This document shows, one piece after another, positions 47,903-57,945 of a DNA stretch of 64,000 bases. The position numbers were made by a program, and so were the translations under genes. The notes below the pieces were generated by a model. The model worked only from the letters and a program-made list of their open reading frames with translations. It had not been told where the DNA came from and made no database searches. The stretch is from an uncultured Bacteroidales bacterium. GTDB lineage: Bacteria; Bacteroidota; Bacteroidia; Bacteroidales; VadinHA17. The stretch lies in NCBI GenBank assembly GCA_963725785.1, contig CAVRZV010000014.1, positions 72,713 through 136,712 of the forward strand, read 5' to 3'. Each line of letters begins with the position of its first letter. Position 1 is the first letter of the stretch.

Positions 47903-48128
47903 ACTCACCCCCATCCCCTCTCTACTTCGTAAAGAGGGGAGATCACGTGATAAAGGTTCATATATGATGATAAAGTCACTACCTTTTAGAGGGTTTTTTG
48001 GCTTCATTCGCTTTGACAATATAATAAAATATAAATCTAGATTTGTACCTCAGTATTCACTCATAATGTTCAGCATGTCTGTGACTTGCCCCCTCTTTAC
48101 GCAGTAGAGAGGGGGTCAGGGGGTGAGT
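47903..48128. repeat. MITE-like element: ~39-nt terminal inverted repeats around a ~147-bp AT-rich core
   Basis: The left IR is actcacccccatCCCCTCTctacttcgtaaAGAGGGG (47903-47941). The right IR is CCCCCTCTttacgcagtAGAGAGGGGgtcagggggtgagt (48089-48128). Confidence 0.7.
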
Positions 48129-50501
48129 TCACTACTTCCCCATGTTCCGTCCTCCTGATTATCTCATTCTGAAGATCCTCTCCCAGATCGTTAAAATAAT
48201 CACTGTAACCGGCCACACGCACTATCAGATCTCTGTATCTTTCGGGATGCCTCTGGGCATCTTTTAAAGTCTCAGCGTTAACAACATTGAATTGTATATG
48301 ATGACCATTCAGACTGAAATAGCTGCGGATTAATGCGGTTAGCTTCTCAAAACTCTCCTCATCTTCAAAAAATGAAGGAGAGAACTTTTGATTTAAAAGA
48401 GTACCTCCGGTACGGAGATGGTCAATTTTTGAGGCGGATTTAATAACAGAAGTGGGGCCGTTTTGATCAGCACCCTGGAAGGGTGAAATGCCTTCAGAAA
48501 GAGGCAGAAAAGCATTCCGTCCATCAGCAGTAGCGCCAGTTACACTTCCGAAATAGACATGGGAAGTCGTTGGCAGCATGTTTATCCGATGGACTCCGCC
48601 TCTTGTATTTGGACGTCCGTTTATTGCATCAAAATAGATCTCAAAAACCCTGACAGCCTGCTGATCAGCATAATCATCGTCATTGCCGTACTTAGGTGTA
48701 TTATAGATCATATCATACTGAACCTGCTCGTATCCTTTGAAATCAGCTTCCAGAGCATTAGCTCAATTCGTCCCAGCTTATCTTCTTCTTTTCAAAAATA
48801 TTATATCGTGATAGAAGTTAGTATATCGGTTATACTTCCCAAACCAACTCCCTGGATGTATGAAGTATTATAGCGTGCTCCTCCGCAATTATAATCTTTC
48901 CCGCTTGAAATACAATCTTCCACCAGCAATGATAAAAATGGGACAGGTAAATAATTGGCAAATGTTTTCTCAATCACATTATTCCCTCTGATTTTTATGT
49001 CAGCAAAGTGCTTTACCTGAAGCTCAAAAGCCTCCATAAGATCTTCAAAATTTTTAAAGTCTTTATCATTTCCTGTCTCAAGACCGATAAGTTTATTTGT
49101 CCTTCGATCTAATCCGTTATTAAGAGTCACCTCCAGAATCTTTGAAAGATTAAAATATCCTGTTAGCCAGTAAGCCTCTGTTCCGAAAGCTCCTGTTTCA
49201 ACACAACCTGATGCACCTCCGTTCCTGGCATCAATTAAATCCTTCCCCTGCCTCAGTAACTCCTCGATTATAGCCTCAGTATTGAAACATGAAGGCTGCC
49301 CGAATCCTGTTTTGATAATATCAAGAGCTTTATGTATAAACCTGTCAGGGCTTTTTTCTGAGATCTGTACCATCGAACCTGGCTGGAGCAAACGCATCTC
49401 CCTGATAACATCAAGGAGAATATAGGACATCTCATTGACGGCATCTGTGCCGTCGGGTTTTACTCCACCAAGGTTAATGAGGCAGAAGTCGGTATAAGTA
49501 TTGCTTTCACTAGCTGTCACTCCCATTTTCGGAGGCGAGGGATGGTTATTGAATTTCACCCAGAAACAACCAAGCAGGTCATCAAGTTCGGTCTGTGTAA
49601 GAGTATCAGACTCAGTTTCCTTCTTATACAAGGGATATAAATGCTGATCGAGCCTTCCCGGGTTAAAAGAGTCCCATGGATTCAGTTCTGTTATCACACC
49701 CAAATGTATGAACCAGTAATGTTGAAGCATTTCATGAACCGTTTCCGGTGCATGTGCCGGAACCTTCCGGCATATTGCTGCCATCTTGAATAACTCGTTT
49801 CTCCTCCCGGATTTCTTCTCATTTGCAGCCAGTTCTTCCAAAAGATCAGCATGACGGTTAGCATACATTATTATCGCACCACATGCTATGTCCATCGCGT
49901 TTAGCTCTTCAAGCTTTTCAAATGCATTTTTATCTGTATAAAAATCAAGGGCTTCAATTGCCTGTTTTATCTCTTTCTTAACTGAGAGAAAACCAGTTTT
50001 GAACATCCTGAATCCCAAAACAGTATGTCCGGGAGCACGTTGCTCCTGAAATTCAGTAAAAATACCGGCACTATAGGCATTAAGCCATTCAGGAGTCATA
50101 AGTGTCATTATCCTGTCGCGATTACTTATCCCTTTCCAGAAAGGGATAATCTCCTCTTCATATATTCTTTTCACCTCATCATCTGCCTTAAAAGAGACCT
50201 TCTCGCGGGAAATAAGAGATTCAAGGTCGTTTAATGAATGAAGACTAATTTCGGGATAAGTCGGCGTCTCTTTCGGGGCCGGTCCCCTCTCGCCCACTAT
50301 AAGTTCACCTTCGTTGATACATATCTTTTTGTTTTTCAGGAGGTATTCAAATGCCCTGGCCCGTTTCATGGGGGCCGATAGTTCCCGGGCTTCATTGCTT
50401 TTATAAAATTGAGTAATAAGAATAGCTCTTTCAGCACTGATCTTTTCAATGGCATTAAGGCTCTGATCTCTTAGTTTTTTAACTCTTGGTGAAATATTCA
50501 T
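48097..50501 (-). pseudogene. Glycyl radical enzyme of the PFL2/dehydratase clade (about 795 aa), two frameshifts at 48711-48801
   Basis: The N-part is ORF 48801..50501 and includes the Cys loop GGASGCVETG. The linker is readable in two other frames (IKYNIFEKKKISWDEL / ANALEADFKGYEQVQYD). The C-part is ORF 48097..48711 with the glycyl radical motif LIVRVAGYSDYF. The last ~12 codons read into the MITE-like repeat. Confidence 0.85.
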
Positions 50502-50546
50502 AATAATTGATATGATTTTCTAAAAACCCAATTTGGCTGTCCAGGT

Positions 50547-50658
50547 GTAGGGACGTTGCATGCAACGTCCCTACGCATGTCCTTCTTTGCCCCCCTCCCC
50601 CCCTAAAGGGGGGTTCGCTCGCGGATGTAGCAAGGGACGTTGCATGCAACGTCCCTAC
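50547..50658. repeat. Intercistronic palindromic units between the GRE activase and the GRE
   Basis: GTAGGGACGTTGCATGCAACGTCCCTAC (50547-50574), CCCCCCCtaaaGGGGGG (about 50597-50613) and a second GGGACGTTGCATGCAACGTCCC (50634-50655). Confidence 0.8.
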
Positions 50659-50673
50659 ACATTACACATTTCT

Positions 50674-51474
50674 TCATCCTCCAATTTTCACTTTAATCCC
50701 GGTATCCTGGAAGAACTCTTTCAACTCCTGCATTCTTTCTCCGGAAGGTGATTCCACATTCCCCATTCTGTAAGGCATATTGAATCTTTTATATTTTGAT
50801 GATCCCGTTTTATGGAAAGGCAACAGATTGATCCTTTTAACGGAGCCTGTCTTAGTTAATTTTAAAAATTGCTTCAGTCTCTGCAGATGATCGGGATCAT
50901 CGTTGAAACCCGGAATAACCGGAAATCTGATCATTATATCTTTGTCACTTTCAAGTAAAAGCCTGTAATTCTCAAGTATTCCGGTATTTGATACTCCGGT
51001 CGACTCAAAATGCTTTAACTCTTCAAGATGTTTTATATCGAAAAGGAAAAGGTCGGTAAAAGGAATAATCGATTTAAAATCATCTGATGAAGCATATCCG
51101 GATGTGTCGATTGCCGTATGATATCCATTTGTTTTGCAGGCTTTTAATGCTTCAAGAAGAAAACCGGACTGAAGCATAGGTTCTCCCCCGGAAAAGGTGA
51201 TTCCACCTTTAGACTGGTTGATGAAAACTTTCTCCCTGTCAAGGATTTCCAGAACGGTTTCAACAGTATAATATTCCCCTACGTCTTTTTTATTGCAGAA
51301 TTCTCTTTCACCGACCTTGTTCGTAAACATCACAGTCTCAGGAAAAGACGATATTCCTTCCGGATTATGACACCACTTACAGTTCAGAGGGCATCCTTTC
51401 ATGAAAAAAGTTACCCTGATTCCCGGACCATCATGGATCGAATATCTTTTAACGCTGAAAATGAGACCTTTCAT
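50674..51474 (-). CDS. Glycyl-radical enzyme activating protein (radical SAM), short form without a ferredoxin-like insert
   Basis: 266 aa with GPGIRVTFFMKGCPLNCKWCHNPE (CX3CX2C) and FSGGEPM. There is no additional CX2CX2CX3C cluster motif. Confidence 0.85.
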   Translation of the reverse strand: MKGLIFSVKRYSIHDGPGIRVTFFMKGCPLNCKWCHNPEGISSFPETVMFTNKVGEREFCNKKDVGEYYTVETVLEILDREKVFINQSKGGITFSGGEPMLQSGFLLEALKACKTNGYHTAIDTSGYASSDDFKSIIPFTDLFLFDIKHLEELKHFESTGVSNTGILENYRLLLESDKDIMIRFPVIPGFNDDPDHLQRLKQFLKLTKTGSVKRINLLPFHKTGSSKYKRFNMPYRMGNVESPSGERMQELKEFFQDTGIKVKIGG

Positions 51475-51480
51475 TCTTTG

Positions 51481-51550
51481 GAAATAAGTGGAAATAAATA
51501 GAAATAAATAGAAATAAATAGAAATAAATAGAAATGAATAGAAATAATTA
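51481..51550. repeat. Tandem decamer (gaaataaata) x7 beginning 6 nt from the activase start codon
   Basis: gaaataagtg, gaaataaata x4, gaaatgaata, gaaataatta. Confidence 0.9.
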
Positions 51551-52182
51551 GTAATTAAGAATACTGAGAGTCCCGAATGGAATGAATGATCAGAAATTGT
51601 AGAACATCAGGCAGCAATAAAGCCTTCTGCCAAGACGTTGCATCATAAAACGATATCTAAGTTTTGCTATCATCGTTAATGAATATTGGTTGCAAGTTAT
51701 ATATTTTTTCGAAAGGATATAATACCGGCTATTAAATCAATTTATCAAGTGTCACTTTTGAACAAAGTAACAAAGAAAGTATTTCCTAGCTTATACTCCT
51801 CGTTTTCAATAACATACATAATTTTAACAAATGATTAACAAATCATTAACAAAAAAACACGCAACATTTTGAATTTATAAACGTCTATAGTAGTGAATAT
51901 GAGTAAATACAATTATTAATACTCAGAACAGTTCTTTATTTAGTGATTCTCTTATTAAAATAGAATAAATTTTTACGATAGTTTATTTTCTCTACAATTG
52001 CCATTCGGCAGATTCTACGATCAGGTTTAGGTTAATCAAGGAAAGATATCTCCCGATATCTTTCCTTTCTTTTTTTAAATAGGTTATAAAGCTTACCTTT
52101 TGCTTTTCCGGCAGGTACCAGGCAGATTGGTTGTTCTATTAAAAGATTTATATTTGTGAACTAATCATTTTGCCAGCCTGAT

Positions 52183-54249
52183 ATGAGAACAAATCTGTTC
52201 TTGGTATTCGTTCTATTAATCTCTTTTACATGCACTCTGAATGCTAGAGAGCTATCTCCAAATGCGGTTAAAGGTATACTTGATCTTCGTGAAATGAGTG
52301 ATCCTGATCATTTTATCATTAAGCTAAACGGAGAGTGGGAGTTTTACTGGAAAAAAATGCTGCACCCTTATGATTTTAACGCAGGGACTTATAAACCCGA
52401 TTATTATGGGGCTGTACCATCATATTGGACAGATTATCCTCAGGATTCTGTCAAAACCGAAAGATTTGGATATGCTACTTATAAGTTAACGGTCTTATTT
52501 CCAAAAGGTTTTGATAATCCATTAGCTATTGACCTCCCTGTATTTGATTCCTCGTACGATATATATATTAACGGTAAATATCTTGGAGGCAATGGGATTC
52601 CAGGAACATCAGCTGAGGAAACAAAACCCGAGTATAAAAGAAATTTTTACAGGTTACTGCCTGAATCGGATTCCCTTAAAATAATAATAAATGTGTCTAA
52701 TTATGATCACCGACGAGGTGGGTTCTGGTTACCTGCCAAACTTGGTACCTTTCAGGATGTTCAAAAGTATATGGCAAACAGTTGGGCTGCAGAATGGTCA
52801 GTGATCAGCCTTCTTTTGGGATTCTCTCTATACTTCCTTTTCTTTTTTATTATATCGCCAAAAGAAAAGATCATGGTTTTCTTCAGTATGGCGACAATTG
52901 GTCTGGCTTTAAGACCACTTTTTACTTCCCATTATCTCATTCTCAATCTGTTCAATATGGAATGGTTATGGATAGTCAGGTGTGAATATCTTGGACTTTT
53001 TATAATCATTATCGGATGGGCCTGGTACGTTTTTAATCTTTATCCTTCAGTATTTTTCAGAATTATTGTGTGGATTGTTACTGTGGTTTTCTGCATTGCA
53101 TTTATATCTACATTGTTCCTTCCCGTGAAAGTCTTCAGTTACTCAGCACTAATATACTATCCATCATTGGCACTTATAATCTCATACACTCTGTATAAAA
53201 GTTTTATTGGCGCATTGAATAAAAATGCTCTTGATATAATTTATTTTTTAGCATTTGTATTGATTTTGTTGAGCGGATTGCATGATTTGAGGGTATCACT
53301 TGGAAAATCAAATAATTCCATTGGATATACAATTACATATGTTATAGTAATTTTTGTTCTTATACAGGCAGCAATACTGCTTTATAAATGGGTTAGAGGG
53401 TATAATGAGAAAGAAAAACTTCAGAATGAACTTTCTTTTATAAATCGCAACCTCGAACTAATTGTGAATGAAAGAACTCAGGAATTAAAAACCAGGAATG
53501 AAGAAATTGAGAAGCAGAATAGTATGATTGCGGTACAAAACAAGCAATTGTCTGATACTATTCAACTGAAGAACAGGATTTTTTCTGTTATAGCGCACGA
53601 TTTAAGGAGCCCCGTGGTAAATATCCTGTACATGTTAAATCTGCTTAAGGAAAAAGAGTACAAAGAGAAATATGATACTTTCGCAAACTCAAGCATACAG
53701 TATGCACAACTTGTTATTAGTTTACTCGAAAACATGCTGGTCTGGGGCCGTGATCAGGAGGATAAAATTAAGTTCTCTCCCGAAAGACTTGATCTGGCTG
53801 ATATAATACTTACAAACCTGAGCATTTTCAAAGAGACTTCTGACAAAAAGGAAATAACAGTGAATTTCACACAGGTAGGTAATTCCATAGGCTATTTTGA
53901 TAAAGATCTGCTGGATATTATAATAAGAAATCTTTTGTCAAATGCGGTAAAGTATACACCCCGGGGAGGCAGGATAAGTATCCTGCTTAAGGACAAAACG
54001 ATGAATGGTGAAGGTATACTGCTGAAGATCTGCGATAATGGTATCGGAATACCTGAAGCTAAGCAAAAACATCTTTTCAATTCATCGGAAATCGAAAGTA
54101 CTCCTGGTACGGAGAACGAAAAGGGAACCGGACTGGGGCTCAAGCTCTGTAATGAGTTAGTAAAAATAAATAATGGCAGTATCACTATTGAAAGTGAACC
54201 TGGCGAAGGAACCTCATTTATAATTACACTCCCTGGACCAAAAGTATGA
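52183..54249 (+). CDS. Sensor histidine kinase with 7TMR-DISMED2 / 7TMR-DISM membrane sensor module
   Basis: 688 aa. It has a signal peptide, an extracytoplasmic domain (LNGEWEFYWKKML), seven TM segments and a coiled coil. HisKA is FSVIAHDLRSP and the HATPase_c motifs are DNGIGIP and GTGLGL. Confidence 0.85.
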   Translation: MRTNLFLVFVLLISFTCTLNARELSPNAVKGILDLREMSDPDHFIIKLNGEWEFYWKKMLHPYDFNAGTYKPDYYGAVPSYWTDYPQDSVKTERFGYATYKLTVLFPKGFDNPLAIDLPVFDSSYDIYINGKYLGGNGIPGTSAEETKPEYKRNFYRLLPESDSLKIIINVSNYDHRRGGFWLPAKLGTFQDVQKYMANSWAAEWSVISLLLGFSLYFLFFFIISPKEKIMVFFSMATIGLALRPLFTSHYLILNLFNMEWLWIVRCEYLGLFIIIIGWAWYVFNLYPSVFFRIIVWIVTVVFCIAFISTLFLPVKVFSYSALIYYPSLALIISYTLYKSFIGALNKNALDIIYFLAFVLILLSGLHDLRVSLGKSNNSIGYTITYVIVIFVLIQAAILLYKWVRGYNEKEKLQNELSFINRNLELIVNERTQELKTRNEEIEKQNSMIAVQNKQLSDTIQLKNRIFSVIAHDLRSPVVNILYMLNLLKEKEYKEKYDTFANSSIQYAQLVISLLENMLVWGRDQEDKIKFSPERLDLADIILTNLSIFKETSDKKEITVNFTQVGNSIGYFDKDLLDIIIRNLLSNAVKYTPRGGRISILLKDKTMNGEGILLKICDNGIGIPEAKQKHLFNSSEIESTPGTENEKGTGLGLKLCNELVKINNGSITIESEPGEGTSFIITLPGPKV

Positions 54250-54273
54250 TTTGTTACCGGAAAAAGTAACATA

Positions 54274-54947
54274 TCAATCAATTGTAAGACCGGCAAGTCC
54301 CCTTTTATCAACTATTTTAATGTTTTTCCCTTTTGCTTCAATATATCCCTCTATTTCCATTTCACCCAGTGCCCTGGCCACGGAAGGCCGAGTAACACCA
54401 AAAAAATCAGCCAGGTCACTTTGAGTCATATTCAGATTAACTATACTCTGATCCTTTCCAGCTTTCTGCAGGATATACTGGGCAAGCTTGCTCCTTGATC
54501 GTTTTAAAAGTCAGGAATTTTATTTTCTCGGAAAGGAATTGGGAACGATTTGAAATCATATCCAGAAAATTTACCAGAATAATATTATTTTTCATCATCA
54601 AAGATAAGAAAATCTGGTTTTTCAATCAACAACAGCTCCCCTTCTGAAACAGCAACTACATTAACAGGAAATGTATTCCGGCTTCCGAACATGAATGCAG
54701 AAGCAAGAGCTCCAGGAGCAGAAATATCCTCAATTTTTATGACCTTGCCGGCATAATCCACCATCTCGCCTTTCACTACTCCCTTTATAACAACCATTAG
54801 TGAATTAACCGGCTCTCCGCTTTGAGATATCATTGAACCGGATTGAAATTTTTTAACCCTATGAGGCACCCTGTCGAGAATTATTTCAATTTCTCCCGGA
54901 GAGATTCCATTGAACAGAGGCGAATTTGAGAAAAGCGAGTAATCCAT
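54274..54947 (-). pseudogene. Crp/Fnr-family transcriptional regulator, two frameshifts (near 54590 and 54480)
   Basis: The cNMP-binding domain is in ORF 54585..54947. FLDMISNRSQFLSEKIKFLTFKTIKEQ lies in ORF 54437..54625. The HTH is in a third frame: LAQYILQKAGKDQSIVNLNMTQSDLADFFGVTRPSVARALGEMEIEGYIEAKGKNIKIVDKRGLAGLTID, with its stop at 54274. Confidence 0.75.
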
Positions 54948-55088
54948 TTTTTTATCTTCAAAAGTAGTAAATAACTCCGGTAACTATAAGTTTTCCGATG
55001 TCTATAACCTTATCAATGGGATTTAGCAGTGAGCATTTGAACCATATCATTTTTTCCTATACTTTTAGAACTTTAAAAAACTATATTA

Positions 55089-56614
55089 ATGAAAAAAATA
55101 TCACTTCTCCTTGTATTACTATTTTTATCGGCTTCCCGCCTTGTTTTCTCCCAGGATGATTACGAAACAAAACTCCTGAAACAGTTTCACGACGATAAAC
55201 AGAGAGGAGATGATGACATGGATTGAAAAGCTTTGTTCACCGGAATTCAATGGCAGGTTAACCGGAACACCTGAGTATATTGCTAGTGCAGAATGGGTTG
55301 CAGGAAAATTTAAAGAGTGGGGCATTAAACCTGCAGGTGATAATGGAGATTATTTTCAGTGGTTCAATTTTCCCTATACGTTGTAAATGATATCGGAAGT
55401 CTCACATTGAATTTACCACAGGCTGATGGTTCAGTTATAAGAAAAAGTTATAGTTATCCTGATGAATATTACCCCGGCATGAATTCAGGAAACGGTGAAA
55501 TAACTGCTGAAGTTGTCTTTGTCGGATATGGAGTCACTGCCCCTGAACTTAATTATGATGACTATAAGGGAATTGATGTTAAAGGGAAAATTGTTCTTAT
55601 GAACAGGGATGTTCCTTATACATGACCCGCGAAATCCGGAATATAAAAAATGGGTTGGATATTGTTATCATCAGTACAAGCTTGAGAATGCAGTAAGGCA
55701 TGGCGCAGCCGGAATGCTCTATATCGATGGGGCATTGGCAAATCCAAATATATCATATGATCCTTCAATAATTGTTTGTGGTATCGGACCTCAGCCACTT
55801 GCTGATATTTTTGCCGGACTGAAAACTACAAACAAGGATATCCTGAAAAGGATAATGAAAACCTTTAAACCAGCATCGTTTAATACCGGTAAAAGGTTTA
55901 CCATTAATAGCCAATACTACAAGACATCCGGAAGGGAAGGCATGCAACGTGATAGGAATGATTGAAGGAAGTGACCCTGTGCTTAAAAAAGAAGTTATTA
56001 TTATTGGTGGTCATCTTGATGCTGTCGGGAAGGCAGGAAAAGTTGTAAACGGAGCACTCGATAATGCAAGCGGAGTTGTAGATATTATGGGAGCAGCCAA
56101 AGCATATGGCACAATCAGGTATCAATACTGAAAAGATCAGTAATGTTTCTTTTTATAGGAGGTGAGGAAATGGGTCTTCTTGGAAGCAAAATTTATACTG
56201 AAAAACCTGTTTTTGCAAAAGAGAAAACTATCACTTTTATAAATCTTGATATGGTAGGAAACGGGACAGGCCTGGCAGTTAGTGCCGGAAGTTCCTATAA
56301 GGATTTCCTGAACTATTTTACTGAGGCAAATTCAAAATATATTCACCGTACAATGCACACTTCTGCACCTGTTCCCGGAGAATATTATGGTAGACCAAGA
56401 AGCGATGGTGTTGTTTTCAGCATGGCCGGCTACAGGACTATGTCGATCGGTACCACCGGATGCTTATAAAAAGGTATTTTACCATCTGCCTGGTGATGAT
56501 CCGGATGCAGTTACAATCGATATTATGGAGGATGTTGCAAAGATGATCTATGTGGCACTTACCAATATGGCAAATGAATGTAGGGAACGGTCGCGACCGT
56601 TCCCTACATTTTAA
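55089..56614 (+). pseudogene. M28-family aminopeptidase with PA domain, at least six frameshifts
   Basis: Signal peptide MKKISLLLVLLFLSASRLVFS. Readable pieces are EKLCSPEFNGRLTGTPEYIASAEWVAGKFKEWGIKPAG, EVVFVGYGVTAPELNYDDYKGIDVKGKIVLM, NVIGMIEGSDPVLKKEVIIIGGHLDA..GALDNASGV, FLFIGGEEMGLLGS and INLDMVG. These are spread over ORFs 55359.., 55609.., 55949.., 56143.. and 56387... Confidence 0.75.
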
Positions 56615-56706
56615 TTCGACCGTTCCCTACATTAAGGTTAATTCGACCGTTCCACTACATTTTAACGCGACCGTTCCCTACATTTTAACGCGACCGTTCC
56701 CTGCAT
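56579..56706. repeat. Palindromic unit followed by four tandem half-units (period 23-28 bp)
   Basis: TGTAGGGAACGGTCGCGACCGTTCCCTACA, then (ttttaatt|ttaaggttaatt|ttttaacg|ttttaacg)CGACCGTTCC(C/A)T(A/G)CA. Confidence 0.85.
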
Positions 56707-56811
56707 TTCAAATGGTATTTATAACCAAAACATCATTTTGTAACATATGTTACAATTCATTTTATTATATTTCTTCAATTTTGCATAGGAAAATAATTGA
56801 AACATTCGAAA

Positions 56812-57733
56812 ATGAAAAGAGATATTCTAAAAATTGATGAGGATCTTTGCAATGGATGTGGACAGTGTGTTCCAAACTGTCATGAAGGTGCATTACAGGT
56901 AATTGATGGCAAAGTAAGACTGGTCAGCGAACTGATGTGCGATGGGCTTGGTGCCTGTATTGGCCATTGCCCTGAAGGAGCAATTACAATTGAAACGAGG
57001 GAAGCAGAACCATATAATGAAACCAGAGTTATGGAACAGATGAAAGATAAGGGAAAGAACACAATTATTGCGCATCTCAAACATCTGAAAGATCATGGAG
57101 AAACAGGATTTCTTCAGGAGGGAGTATCATATCTAAGGAACCGCAGAACTGAGTTGGGATTTCAGTCTTGAAGAAGTGATGAGCGAAGTTCATAATCATA
57201 CCAAAGAAACAGTATCTCAATCTCAATCTCAATCTAATCCTCAACCTCAGCCTCAGCCTCATCATGATGGAGGCGGCTGCCCCGGATCGAGAACAATGGT
57301 TATTGACAAACCGTCACAAACGACTGATATCAATTTGCTTACCGAACAGCCATCAGAACTCAGACAATGGCCTGTTCAGATGCATCTTGTAAATCCAAAT
57401 GCCCCATATTTCAGAAATGCCGATCTTTTGCTGGCAGCTGATTGCGTAGCATTTTCAATGGGCGGTTTTCATAGTAACCATTTGAAAGGCAAATCTCTGG
57501 CAATCGCCTGTCCAAAACTTGATCAGGGAACAGACTCATATGTTGAAAAACTTACTGCAATGATTGACATAGCCAAAGTAAATACTATAACGGTTATGAT
57601 GATGGAAGTACCATGCTGCGGTGGTTTGCAACAGATGGTAAGAACAGCACTGGCTAACTCTTCAAGAAAAGTTCCTTTAAAGAAAATAATTGTTGGAATC
57701 AAGGGGGAAGTACTTCAGGAAGAATGGGTATAA
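56812..57733 (+). pseudogene. Ferredoxin-domain (4Fe-4S) protein fused to a Cys-rich C-terminal domain of unknown function, one frameshift near 57170
   Basis: MKRDILKIDEDLCNGCGQCVPNCHEGA (CX2CX2CX3C) and CDGLGACIGHCPEGA lie in ORF 56797..57171. The SQSQSQSNPQPQPQPH linker, GGGCPGS, LLLAADCVAF, LAIACPKLD and MEVPCCGG lie in ORF 57176..57733. Confidence 0.7.
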
Positions 57734-57945
57734 TAAACAAATTTGAAAGTCAATCAATTTAGGTTCAGAATATTCTGTAAACAAAATACTATTGTTTTAT
57801 AATATCTGATAATGAATATGTTATGATACACTAGAAAATGATATTTATCATACAACCATTTATTTAGATTGATTCTTAAAAGGGAATTAATATATTTGAA
57901 AGTAATGAGATTTGCTTGTATTTACCTGATCAAAATCTTCTGTTT

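Noticed and set aside
56579-56706. A tandem array that could at first glance be a small CRISPR array (likewise the repeats at 24141, 32655, 40958 and 51481)
   Set aside because: The periods are 7-28 bp and the spacers are 0-12 nt of near-identical AT-rich sequence. There are no unique spacers and no cas genes anywhere in the window.
57216-57265. A hexanucleotide microsatellite (tctcaa x3, cctcag-like x4) as a separate regulatory repeat
   Set aside because: It lies inside the Fe-S protein reading frame and encodes an SQSQSQSNPQPQPQPH low-complexity linker between two domains.
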